Of a DNA stretch of 39,236 nt, positions 10,930 through 21,155 are shown piece by piece. The notes beneath the pieces were generated by a model. The model was not told where the DNA came from. It ran no database searches and saw only the letters and a program-made list of their open reading frames with translations. Where the stretch lies: assembly GCF_001194135.2 (NCBI RefSeq), contig NC_068987.1:28494499-28533734 (forward strand), given 5' to 3'. A program made the position numbers and the translations under genes. The number at the start of each line of letters is the position of its first letter. The stretch's first letter is position 1. Origin of the DNA: Octopus bimaculoides. Lineage: Eukaryota.

Positions 10930-11360
10930 ATTCCTATTGCATCAAGATTTTCATCGGGAAAATCACATAAATTATACTGGAAAATATGGCAATAGAGTAA
11001 GAATGTTGTACGTACAGAAGGTCACTCAGTTCCGTCTTCTCAAAGAAACAATTACATCACATGCTTACAGATCTCCACCAGACATGTACCATGACAATGA
11101 TAGATCTTATGAAACTTAAGTATAGAGACGGATCACCCGCTGGCATGCAACTCGCTCGGCATCTTTTTCCATGACAAAATGACAATATGGTAATAATTGA
11201 CACTGCAATAACAAGTATAAATGCCATGACGAAGTAGCCAGATAAGCTAATGAATTACATTGACATAGCCATTGAAATGCGAACGTTATGGTATAGTTGA
11301 AATGAATTCATTATTCAATGTTTAATTACTACGACTGGAATGCTACGCAGTAAGTATAGA
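10930..11360 (+). mobile_element. Highly degraded R4/Dong-type RLE fragment
   Basis: FLLHQD..FRLLKETIT..(frameshift)..NMVIIDTAITSINAMTK*PDKLMNYIDIAIEMRTLW..TTG resembles the IDxAxP..EKxxKY.DLxxE..LW RLE motif. Confidence 0.5.
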
Positions 11361-11839
11361 CATAGGCACGTTCCGAAAATAATAATAGCAAGTTTAATAA
11401 CTGCCAATAGATCATTGTCTCTGACTATCTCTTAACTTGTAATACTTGTATGAATGTCATCAAAGATGTAAGTAAGTATGAGAGATGTAAGAAGAAAAAA
11501 TACACTAGAAGAAGCACTCATATCATAATGAGAATATTGATTAAAGTTTATAAAATAGACAGAAGGCCAAATATTTTGGATTGTTGGAGGGATATTTATT
11601 TGGTTTTTAATCTAGTGAAACATTCATACAAAGCTGGTAAGCGAAGACAAACTCAAATAGGTATACAATAACAGATATGCAAAAGAGTAAACTGGAATAA
11701 AAATAGACAAGTACGAAGACAAGAATAGCGGATGAAAAACAGATAAAGAATAGTGAAAAGTTTATGAAAAATATAGCTATTGACTTTGTATTCATCCTAG
11801 GCCACTGATAGAAAAGAATTTCTATAATTTTTCCTACCC

Positions 11840-11845
<6 letters not shown>

Positions 11846-11882
<37 letters not shown>

Positions 11883-12260
11883 NNNNNNNNNNNNNNNNNN
11901 NNNNNNNNNNNNNNNNNNNNNNNNNNNNNNNNNNNNNNNNNNNNNNNNNNNNNNNNNNNNNNNNNNNNNNNNNNNNNNNNNNNNNNNNNNNNNNNNNNNN
12001 NNNNNNNNNNNNNNNNNNNNNNNNNNNNNNNNNNNNNNNNNNNNNNNNNNNNNNNNNNNNNNNNNNNNNNNNNNNNNNNNNNNNNNNNNNNNNNNNNNNN
12101 NNNNNNNNNNNNNNNNNNNNNNNNNNNNNNNNNNNNNNNNNNNNNNNNNNNNNNNNNNNNNNNNNNNNNNNNNNNNNNNNNNNNNNNNNNNNNNNNNNNN
12201 NNNNNNNNNNNNNNNNNNNNNNNNNNNNNNNNNNNNNNNNNNNNNNNNNNNNNNNNNNNN
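11846..12260. repeat. (CA)n run plus assembly gap 11883-12260
   Basis: Directly visible. Confidence 0.95.
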
Positions 12261-12287
12261 ATATAATTATTCGTTTATATTTATATA

Positions 12288-12640
12288 AAAGGCATTATTA
12301 TAGAAAAATAATAACGCCACACAGTGGACTTCTCAAAATAACCACATTTAGTACCTATGCGAGGAAAAAACAACCAACAGAAGATGACCAACTTTCTTTT
12401 AAAATAGACTTAATTGCGTATCGACCGATTTCGCGATTACTAGAATGAATCTAGATTTCGTTCATCAGCACAATATTGTCCCCAAAATATATATAAATAA
12501 ACAGAATTCTCACCTCACCAAAACCGAACAACTACGTATCCGACAGAGTAAAGGGAATGAAGTTTATCTGTACGTACTAAATGTGGTAATTTTGAGAAGT
12601 CCACTGTGTGGCGTAATTATTTTTCTATAATAATGCCCTC
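12288..12640. mobile_element. MITE-like element, 353 bp, with 67-bp terminal inverted repeats, flanked by TATA
   Basis: 12291-12354 and 12574-12637 are reverse complements with 2 mismatches in 64 nt. The right terminus reads GAGGGC, the left AAAGGC. TATA at 12284-12287 and 12641-12644. Confidence 0.85.
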
Positions 12641-12689
12641 TATATATATATATATATATATACAGAGAGAGATAGAGCGAAAGAGAAAT

Positions 12690-12790
12690 TGCTAGCCACT
12701 ACACATTCTGTATTTTCTCTCCCTGTTTCTTTCTGTGTTCCTTTCTGTGGAATAGCGTAGGTTCCAAACGTTAAAGACTTTTTCACTCGT
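12690..12790 (+). mobile_element. Terminal-repeat fragment of a probable Penelope-like element
   Basis: Homologous to 26205-26352 (ttctg..gaa.a.c.tagg.tc.aaacgttaaa.acttttt). Resembles the CTGNNGA..GAAACG motif of PLE pseudo-LTRs. Confidence 0.45.
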
Positions 12791-12794
12791 TAAC

Positions 12795-13062
12795 TTCGGT
12801 GTTCCCAATATGCGGCGACCAGTTTGTTTTAGGGATTTCAGTTTCGGTTTCCTTCCAATTGGCCTTCCTGAAATTCAGGTTCATGCAGAGTGAATCATGT
12901 TTGATGTTATTTGTGTGTGTTGCCTTCTTTGATAACTGTATGATGTTGTATTCGGAAATAGTTGTGGGAATGACCTGAACACTGTGAATGATGTCTGTAT
13001 TGGTGGTAAAGTCGAGCTCGAGTATTTATTTCCCCTAGTTGGACATGTAATAATTTGTTGCT
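12795..13062 (-). mobile_element. CR1/L2-type LINE AP-endonuclease C-terminal fragment
   Basis: QQIITCPTRGN/ILELDFTTNTDIIHSVQVIPTTISEYNII..LNFRKANW matches the TRG.NILDL.FTN...SDH..F.KANW signature. Confidence 0.7.
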
Positions 13063-13064
13063 AG

Positions 13065-14100
13065 AGGAAGACTTTAGTGGCATGAAGAAGAACATTCATA
13101 TCACCCTTGCTCAGTTGTTTAATTTCAGGTTGGATGTAGCACACAGGCTAGCTGAGAGTTATTTTATTTATGGCTGTGATAACAATACCAAACGATTTAT
13201 GAAGTCGATCTCTCAAGTGTCTTACAACTTGATGTTGAGATGAATTACGCAATGTATAGTAAATATATAGGGTACAGCCTTCTTTAAAAATGTAAGAAAG
13301 TGTCTGTACCACCCTGTTAATGCTGGAGCACTGTCTGTTGCACGAGCAACTATACTGCTCATAGGAATTTCTTTTTCTTTGAAAACTTTTTCAATTATAG
13401 TAAACCTGAATTCACCCTCAGTGTCTGTTTTATATCCCTTTGCAAACAATACTTCTTGCACAATTTTCTGATCTTTAATAAAAGGAACCTATCTTAAACG
13501 CAGTGCTTCATTGCCTGGGAAAGTCGATTCACCCAATTGTAAACCAAATTGTTGATATTTAAGTATTGTAAGTAACATTTCTTCAATGTCCTCAGCCATT
13601 TCATCACTTCTTTCCACAGAATTATCTCTTAGTGAAATCGTTCTGGTAATTCAATTTCAGGAAGGACAATGTATGTTCTACTGTACGAAAAGAGCTTCCT
13701 CTATAGCTGGCAAAATGAGTTTTTCTTCAATTGTATGAGGTTTCCCAGATCGGGAAATCATCCTAGAGATATTGTATGCACAAACAAGTCCATCGTCGCA
13801 TTTCTGTTATTGGTTTGTCATAAGGGAGTGAATAAATTTCTGTTGCGAAATCTATGTTGTATGACAAATCTTTGTTTGCTTTATAAGGGTGTATCTTGTT
13901 TAAATGATCGGAAAACATGGATGACTTCATGACCTCATTCGAATAAGTTGACTCGCAAAGAAAACATATCTGTAGTATGTTATTAGGAGCAATAATAAAT
14001 CCAAACTTCAAATATTGAACTCTATACTGTTTGCATTTTCGCTTTCATGAGTTTCCTGACATGATTTTAGGTGAACTCAAGCACTGAAAATAAAGTAAAG
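13065..14100 (-). mobile_element. hAT (Charlie/Buster, ZBED5/SCAND3-like) transposase fossil, 3' truncated
   Basis: KFGFI..CFLCE..SNEVMKSS..HLNKIH (BED finger), FGLQLGESTFPGNEA, ATDSAPALTG (catalytic D region), HCVIH (CxxH) and LRDRLHKS..LLLH. Multiple frameshifts and stops. Confidence 0.9.
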
Positions 14101-14203
14101 AAAAAAAATGCGAATAATGCCAACAGCCACTACTCACTCTCTAAAGACTATTGAGGTACAAAGGTGTGTTTTTTTGTTGCTTTTTTTTCCCATGAAATAA
14201 TAG

Positions 14204-14301
14204 TACTTTGTTGAAACAACAAAGAGTTTATGTCTGAAAGATCAATTGTTATATGAAACCTTTACAGTAATTTCTCCTACTAAATCAGCTGCTTCACCAA
14301 T
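14204..14301 (+). CDS. Candidate exon (YFVETTKSLCLKDQLLYETFTVISPTKSAASP)
   Basis: T-rich tract then aatag|, 98 nt open, donor AAT|gtaagt. No homology recognised. Confidence 0.25.
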
Positions 14302-14799
14302 GTAAGTGTGCACCTGCTTAGTCTAAGTAGCATCTTGATAAATATGGTTAGAGGTGGAATCACATTAATCTATTTAAAAGAATTTAGTAAATTAGTTGAG
14401 TGACAACAGACATTTGAGACAGAAATTAGTGTATATGATAGAGAGATCCAGGGACTTAACGTACGGTATATTCACAATAGGCAAGGTGTTTTTATAACCA
14501 TTTCTCTATCACATTTTTCCTATTAATAAATTTCATGATTTGGTAGTAATAATAATAATAAATGAAATTCGTCATAGGGAATTTTCAATCTAGATCTAGA
14601 TTTTATGGAGCCATGTAAAACTGAGTTCTTTCTAAAGCGTCTAACAGGGACGACTATGGGTATTAGTTGATTATACGGAATAGAACCAGTTTGGCTCCGG
14701 TGTTTTGAGATGGAGCGATGCATTCTATAGTAGCATATGCCAGGCGATTGTGGTAAATGGTCATCATTCAGTATCATGCGATCCACTCAGTCTGTGAAA

Positions 14800-15170
14800 T
14801 ATTTTCCTTCTCATTGTAAAACAATGTATAACTACATTGATGCAATTTTAACAACATTAATGTTAATGCATTGCTCTCGGCAACTATGTTACAGGTTCAA
14901 TTTCCTCTATTCAATCTTCAATGTCTCAGCGAAGATCATGTTTCCATCTTCACTTTTATTTCGTCACAACATTTACTCTTTGCTAGTTTGCATCAGTTTT
15001 ATTGCTTTTATTTACCATGTTTCATAGTCTGTTTATCGATACCATATTCATCTTTTTATCGGTGCACACAAGCTTTTTATTATCCTTATTTGCAATACTT
15101 CAACTTCTTCGATTATAGAATCATCTTTATTACAGCTGTATCTCCTCCACAATGCATTTCCAGGCAAGAA
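14800..15170 (-). mobile_element. Possible degraded RTE-type LINE linker region
   Basis: ANKDNKKLVC..KSEDGNMIFAE resembles the RTE endonuclease-RT linker; heavily decayed. Confidence 0.35.
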
Positions 15171-15499
15171 AAAAAGTAAGTGCGCCAAGCTAATTTCTAT
15201 AGCCACCTTTTACAAGAAAGGTGAGTTGTTGAGTTTGGATTTAAATACACTTCAGATACTGCGACGTGTAGAAGGCGTTAGGAAGAAAGAAAAACATTTT
15301 AATCTGTAGATTGGTGCTTCTTTTTACAGAGTGTTGAGATTACGTCATTGTCCTCAAACGATACCAAATTATCACACAAACTACCTCAATTGTTATGATG
15401 GCATTAAGTCAAATGGCTATTTGAGACATCTCTATAATATTAATAAGATTTCCGTTCAAAATGCATGAAATTAGTTGCACGACTTAAGTAATTAGAAAA

Positions 15500-15900
15500 T
15501 AATATAGTCAATCAAAAATATGAATTGATAAAGAAATACCGCGATGAGAATAAATGGAATTATACGTTGGCAACAATTGATAGGCATTCTATTACTAGAC
15601 GCTGGTGCCGACGGACCCTTGACGTCAATATTTCAATGATCATGGTGCTGCATAGATCTGATGAATTGCCGTGGTTCTGGATGTATCATGAATATAATTT
15701 TTAACACTTGAACTACATAGGAACCACTCATTTTCTGTCGTTTACGTTTGAGTTCAAACAACATGCATAAAACTAGTGGAGTTCCGAAATGTTACTCAGT
15801 GCAATAATATTACAAATGTCATAGGACTTTGCATTCTCGGTGGTATTAAGGGATCCAGGACAAGGCAAGATTCCATATCAAAGCAGCACGAGTTACATGT
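15500..15900 (+). mobile_element. Possible degraded RTE-type LINE C-terminal region
   Basis: WCRRTLDV and LCILGGIKGSRTRQ resemble the RTE motifs W..RRML.I and G.I.G.R.RGR. Confidence 0.3.
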
Positions 15901-16447
15901 GCCAGCATATTTTCACAATGGATTTATCATCAGTTATTAAGACAAATTCTCTGCCTACGAGAAAGCGCTATCACTCCTAACGACCTCAGATATCATATAA
16001 AACTATTTCTCTCTTACATCATGCTATTTTTCAGTAAACATTTTTGTGAGTCTTTTTCATTAGAAGCGCACAACACCTTTTACTAACACCGAAATTAAGA
16101 CGTTTGAACTGAAACTATTGTTTGTATATCTTCAAAGCAGTCCTTGAAATGCAACGTAAGAAAGTGGCATGTACTGCAGAAGTTGATAGAATTAAATGTC
16201 TTGTGAAAATGTATTTGGTGCATTGAGTAATCTAAGCTGAAGAGGAGATATAGCTTAGTCGTGAATATGTTTATAGTTTAAGAGTAATCATATGCAAACC
16301 TTTCCTTTGTTAACGACTTATTGTGTTTGCCAGATGGAATAGCGACTCAATAACGTCCCAAGGAGCATTCTAATCACATCTAATCGAATAAATATAGTAT
16401 CGCATGACTGAAACTACAAGGTTTCACAATTATGTATTTAATACCAG

Positions 16448-16498
16448 GATGAAAATTAGTGAAAACTATGTGGATGAAGTTTTACCTAGACCAGAGAG
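16448..16498 (+). CDS. Candidate 51-nt exon (MKISENYVDEVLPRPE-R)
   Basis: Acceptor tgtatttaataccag|G, open frame, donor GAG AG|gtatgt; symmetric phase 2-2. Confidence 0.35.
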
Positions 16499-17864
16499 GT
16501 ATGTTATGTTATGATCACCGAATTCAACTGAAAATGATGAGCGCTTGTTCAAATCGAGGAATCTAAAATAAATTTTCTGTAGTAATGTTGAATTACAAGG
16601 CAACGTAACTGACCGCATAGGTGCTCTTTTACCTAAGGTTCACAATACCTCCTATAGCCAATGATAAAATATCATCAAACGTTCTAGTCAGCAAAAATTG
16701 CCTATAAACAACGCATTAATATTTTTACAATAATACTTATCTACGGAGTGACTGAATTGAGACAGTATCTTGAAACTGAAATAACAACATGGTGTAAGAG
16801 CAAGTTTAGTCTACAAAAACGTATAAATTGCTAAATCTACTTTTCATGAGGCATCGAAAGATTCGTCGCAAAACCGCAGCCTGCTACCGTGACAGTTCCT
16901 ATACAACTATTTGAAACTGAGATAAGAGCAGATTAATATAGGATTCGTTTTTCTTCTATTCTTTGGTTGAACTTTCGAACCTAGGGATTTGTTTTATGCA
17001 TGTTCATTGATCTAGTGCTCTGACATTCGGTCGTCATTATTCACTTTTACGATCAATAATCTTGTCTTTTACAACATAGTATATATCATTATCATCGAAA
17101 CAGTTTTTCCCTTCCACCATGTTTGTCTTTCTTTCTCTACTAACCCCTTCATGTTGGTCAGCAGTAATGTTATAAATACGCCGTTCACTATATATAAATA
17201 TGAAGTAACTACTTAAAATGTTCTTTTGTGGGTCAAGTTCACAGAAACTTTGTTTCCGGTGTAGATTAAAATCAATCTAAATTAAGTTAAAAAGTAAAGG
17301 AACCGTATGCTAACAGGTATTATTGTTGATAAAATCAAATAGCTAAGTGAAACGTATATACTCACATGTGTATACACTTATATACACACACATATGTATA
17401 TGTAAGTGTATGTGTACACACACACATACACACACACTCATACATATATACGTATATGTCGAACGATGAAGATGAATGTGCACCAACATCGCATTGAGGG
17501 ATAGAATTTCATTATCTGGGTATTAAGGCTACCATTGGTTTCATATATTGAAAGTAGAAAAATTGCTTGCTATTATAATAACTTTTCAAGCCGATTATGG
17601 AGGAATGGTGTTCGTTTCCCCTTTGGGTAAAACACAGTCTTGTTGAAGTCGCAGTTATTTTCATAAAGAAAATAATAAATTAATAGGCATAACACTTGGA
17701 TGATATTTTTTGAGTATCTCTCTTGGATTTGGTTCTCGAGCAAACTGTCAATTTGAAAGGTAAATTTGATTGCATTATCTTACATTATATTCTGGGTGTA
17801 TGTGATGTTCCTATGCTTGTGTGCTGAAGTAGTTCGTCACGAGAAAGTATTTCTTTTGTGTGTG

Positions 17865-17977
17865 GAGTTCGCGTGTTATGTATATTCAAATTTCACTGAA
17901 GGTAACCGCCTTCAGTATCCCACCAGGATGGCCCATTTTCTGAACGTGAAATTTGAATATACATAACACGCGAACTC
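17865..17977. repeat. Perfect 32-bp inverted repeat with 49-nt spacer (mini-MITE or hairpin)
   Basis: gagttcgcgtgttatgtatattcaaatttcac (17865-17896) is the exact reverse complement of 17946-17977. Confidence 0.95.
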
Positions 17978-18069
17978 TTTGAAGTGCTTCAGTGTGAAAT
18001 ATTACTTGTGTATGTAAGGGGGGGGGGTCGTCCATAATATTTAGGATGATATTTGTTAGCTATATGATA

Positions 18070-19010
18070 TGTAATTTTTCAGTGACGCAGAGTTAACATT
18101 TCGTACCTCGTCCTCTGTATACTCTGGCTTTAGAAATGTTGTTCCATTTTATCTGGAGGTTACTTATTCTACCTTCTTTTAATGTCCATATCATATTGGA
18201 GAAGTATATTGCATATTTTCTATCTTTGTCTCTGAATGACAACAGGTGTTGTGTATACCTTTCCTCGAACGAGTTGTCAGTCATTCCGATATTTGTCTTT
18301 GCTACTCATTTGGGATCCGTGATTTTAGCCTCGTATATATAAGTTTTTTTTCGAGACAGTTGTTGTTTAGTGGTCAGTGGTTTGGAGATCTGAAGTTGCT
18401 TTGTCTTTCTGGACAATCTCTGGTGTGTTTATTTTTATTTTGTCTGAGTTTCATTGACCCTATATTAGAAATGCAGCTATAGCTAACTTTAATAGTGCTT
18501 CTGTTAAAAATCTTTTTGCGGTTGTGTGAATGTGGTCAGCGATTGTCTATTCATTTTAAGAATTTCCTACCTATGTTAGAGGCTGCATTCATGCTATAAT
18601 GTGGGTTAAACCATAAGATTTTCCTCTGTCTGCATCTTCTCGAACAATTTGTATTTAGTTCAATGTAGTTTATGCTATTCTTGAAGTTGACCTTTCTAAT
18701 GCAGCATTATTGTATGGAGTGGCTTTTTCAAAATTGTTTTTATCTGCGGATAAATTGGGAACGCGCCTGTTAATATTGTTGACTATTTGTTTAATGACTG
18801 TCTGTTGGTAGGTGGTTGGAGTATATTTCTACGTACGAGGCTTCTGCATTTGGATGATGGTAGAGCTTTCAACTCAGAAGCAATTCTTTATTCTTTTCCA
18901 CAAATTATCATCCTAAAATTATGTAGTTAAAGTTTTGCCTGTTAGCAATAACGCGAGTCTATTACTAAACAAATCATTTCATAATATGATCTATAACTCC
19001 TAATTAAGTA
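18070..19010 (-). mobile_element. Penelope-like element fragment (RT thumb, linker, GIY-YIG endonuclease)
   Basis: TVIKQIVNNINRR..KILWFNPHYSMNAASNIGRKFL..KIFNRSTIKVSYSC..PLNNNCL..LIYEAKIT..IGMTDNSFEERYTQHLLSFR..IWTLKE..IKWNNISKA. Confidence 0.88.
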
Positions 19011-19051
19011 ATTATACACTTCCTGTTTGCAATATTATTGAAGCCATATAA

Positions 19052-19254
19052 TTGCATACACACATAAACACACACATAAATATATATATAAACACACATA
19101 NNNNNNNNNNNNNNNNNNNNNNNNNNNNNNNNNNNNNNNNNNNNNNNNNNNNNNNNNNNNNNNNNNNNNNNNNNNNNNNNNNNNNNNNNNNNNNNNNNNN
19201 NNNNNNNNNNNNNNNNNNNNNNNNNNNNNNNNNNNNNNNNNNNNNNNNNNNNNN

Positions 19255-19285
<31 letters not shown>

Positions 19286-19340
19286 GTATATGTATATGTA
19301 TGTATATATGCATCTATGTAAACATGTATAAGTTTATATG
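19052..19340. repeat. (CA)/(TA) microsatellites with assembly gap 19101-19254
   Basis: Directly visible. Confidence 0.95.
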
Positions 19341-19756
19341 TATGCATGTATATCAAAACAAGGCACATACTTCTTAGATATCAAAAATTCGTTTGCCAAA
19401 CAGAGACACACTTATCGCTGTCCTTAACATTTCTAAAGTCACATATGGTTATGGTTTCTCTTCCCTAATTAGATCAAACAAAAGTTCAAATCTCTCGACG
19501 CCATATGCCTGGTATTATACACAATGTTATTCTCTTCCATAAGAGCTAGCAATTATGATGATATATTCACATCAAGTTTCTATCAGTTAAGTTTTCGGCC
19601 GACAAGATATATGTACAATATGCAATATATAGACATATAGTATATAGTGTGTTTGTGTGTGTATCTATATTGTACATATAATCTATATTATATTACATAT
19701 CTATGTGTGTTTTTGTATGTGTGTATGTGAAAGACAAAGGAAAAGAGGGAGGAGAG

Positions 19757-20067
19757 AAGGCGCATGGCTTACACTCATTAGGCTGTGAGTTCGATTTCCC
19801 AGCCGGGCTGTTTCTTTTGTCCTTGAGAAAGACACATTATTTCATATTGCCCCAGTTCATCCAGCTGTAGGAATGAATTGCGTCATCACTGGTACTAAAT
19901 TGTATCGGCCCTTGGCTTGGGTCTTGGACAACATAAGCGGCGTAGAGAATGAAGACTGGAACGCCAGGACGATTGCTGGTCTTCCACAAAAGTCCTTAAC
20001 TGGAATTGTACTTCGGGGTGAAATTTCTCGGTGAATATCCATAGTCATTCCAGACTTAAGAGGGTCT
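19757..20067 (+). mobile_element. tRNA-derived CORE-type SINE (family B), head partly deleted
   Basis: gaaggcgcatggct..gtgagttcgatttccc..ccttgagaaagacacattatttca..ccagttcatccagctgtagga; collinear with the reverse complement of 5128-5484. Confidence 0.82.
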
Positions 20068-20104
20068 TATATATGCAGAGAGTGAGAGAAGCAGGTACAG
20101 TATG

Positions 20105-20135
<31 letters not shown>

Positions 20136-20282
20136 TTCGGTGCAAATGGTCTTTTATACGGCGCCGTTTCTACAATCCTATAAATAATAATAATGTTATT
20201 TTTTTTATATAATCTTACGGCGATCACCGTGCAATGACTAAGGAAAATAGTCTAAATGAAGGGGCATATAAGCCATCGACTG

Positions 20283-20291
20283 AAAAAAAAA
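20283..20291 (-). terminator. Putative Pol III oligo-T terminator (T9)
   Basis: A9 on the + strand, 5 nt downstream of the tRNA-like sequence. Confidence 0.4.
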
Positions 20292-20296
20292 CCTTC

Positions 20297-20369
20297 CTAT
20301 CCACGTGGGAGTTGAACCCACATCCCTTTGTTAACGCGAGTAAGTGTGTTACCATTACACCAGTGAATG
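20297..20369 (-). tRNA. tRNA-like sequence or pseudogene (D-arm resembles tRNA-Gln; anticodon arm broken, isotype not assignable)
   Basis: 73 nt: acceptor stem attcac/gtggat, D-stem gtgt-aatggta-acac, T-stem gtggg-ttcaact-cccac. The anticodon stem does not pair fully. Confidence 0.5.
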
Positions 20370-20398
20370 AGGATCCCTTTGCTTGTTAGATTTAAGAA

Positions 20399-20555
20399 CT
20401 ATAATAGTTCGTGTTTGTTTTTTGTCTGTAAACAAACTTTTTATATGCTTTAGATGAGAATGTTTTTTTTTTATATGGAACCGTTTTTACAATCCCGTAA
20501 ATAATAATAATAATGGTATAGTTTACAAATAAAAAACAAATACGAACTATTATAG
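20399..20555. mobile_element. Small element with 35-bp inverted termini
   Basis: 20399-20433 and 20521-20555 are reverse complements at 32/35 positions. Confidence 0.65.
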
Positions 20556-20558
20556 AGC

Positions 20559-20917
20559 NNNNNNNNNNNNNNNNNNNNNNNNNNNNNNNNNNNNNNNNNN
20601 NNNNNNNNNNNNNNNNNNNNNNNNNNNNNNNNNNNNNNNNNNNNNNNNNNNNNNNNNNNNNNNNNNNNNNNNNNNNNNNNNNNNNNNNNNNNNNNNNNNN
20701 NNNNNNNNNNNNNNNNNNNNNNNNNNNNNNNNNNNNNNNNNNNNNNNNNNNNNNNNNNNNNNNNNNNNNNNNNNNNNNNNNNNNNNNNNNNNNNNNNNNN
20801 NNNNNNNNNNNNNNNNNNNNNNNNNNNNNNNNNNNNNNNNNNNNNNNNNNNNNNNNNNNNNNNNNNNNNNNNNNNNNNNNNNNNNNNNNNNNNNNNNNNN
20901 NNNNNNNNNNNNNNNNN
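20559..20917. other. Assembly gap
   Basis: N-run. Confidence 1.
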
Positions 20918-21087
20918 ATATATATATATATATACATGAATGCATATATGCGTATGTGTGAGTTTGTGTGGAAGTACGTATGTATGAATGTATGTATGTA
21001 AACATGTGTAACCAAGATTATTGAGTAAAGGACATATACTAAACAGAAATGCAAATATAGCAGAAATTCTTTTTATTTTGTTATTCT

Positions 21088-21155
21088 GTTTCTTGTTTCA
21101 GTCATTTGACTGCGTCCATGCTGAAGCACCGCCTTTAGTCGAACAAATTGACTCG
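21088..21155 (-). mobile_element. 3' terminal fragment of SINE family A
   Basis: tcttgtttcagtcatttgactgcgtccatgctgaagcaccgcctttagtcgaacaaattgac matches 24600-24662. Confidence 0.8.

Noticed and set aside
15137-15221. Exon-like segment with acceptor tttattacag and donors gtaagt/gtgagt (LYLLHNAFPGKKKSKCAKLISIATFYKK)
   Set aside because: It overlaps a probable antisense RTE fossil, and its phase does not fit the neighbouring candidates.
19608-19680. 14-bp inverted repeat tatatgtacaatat
   Set aside because: It is embedded in low-complexity TA-rich sequence and is expected by chance.
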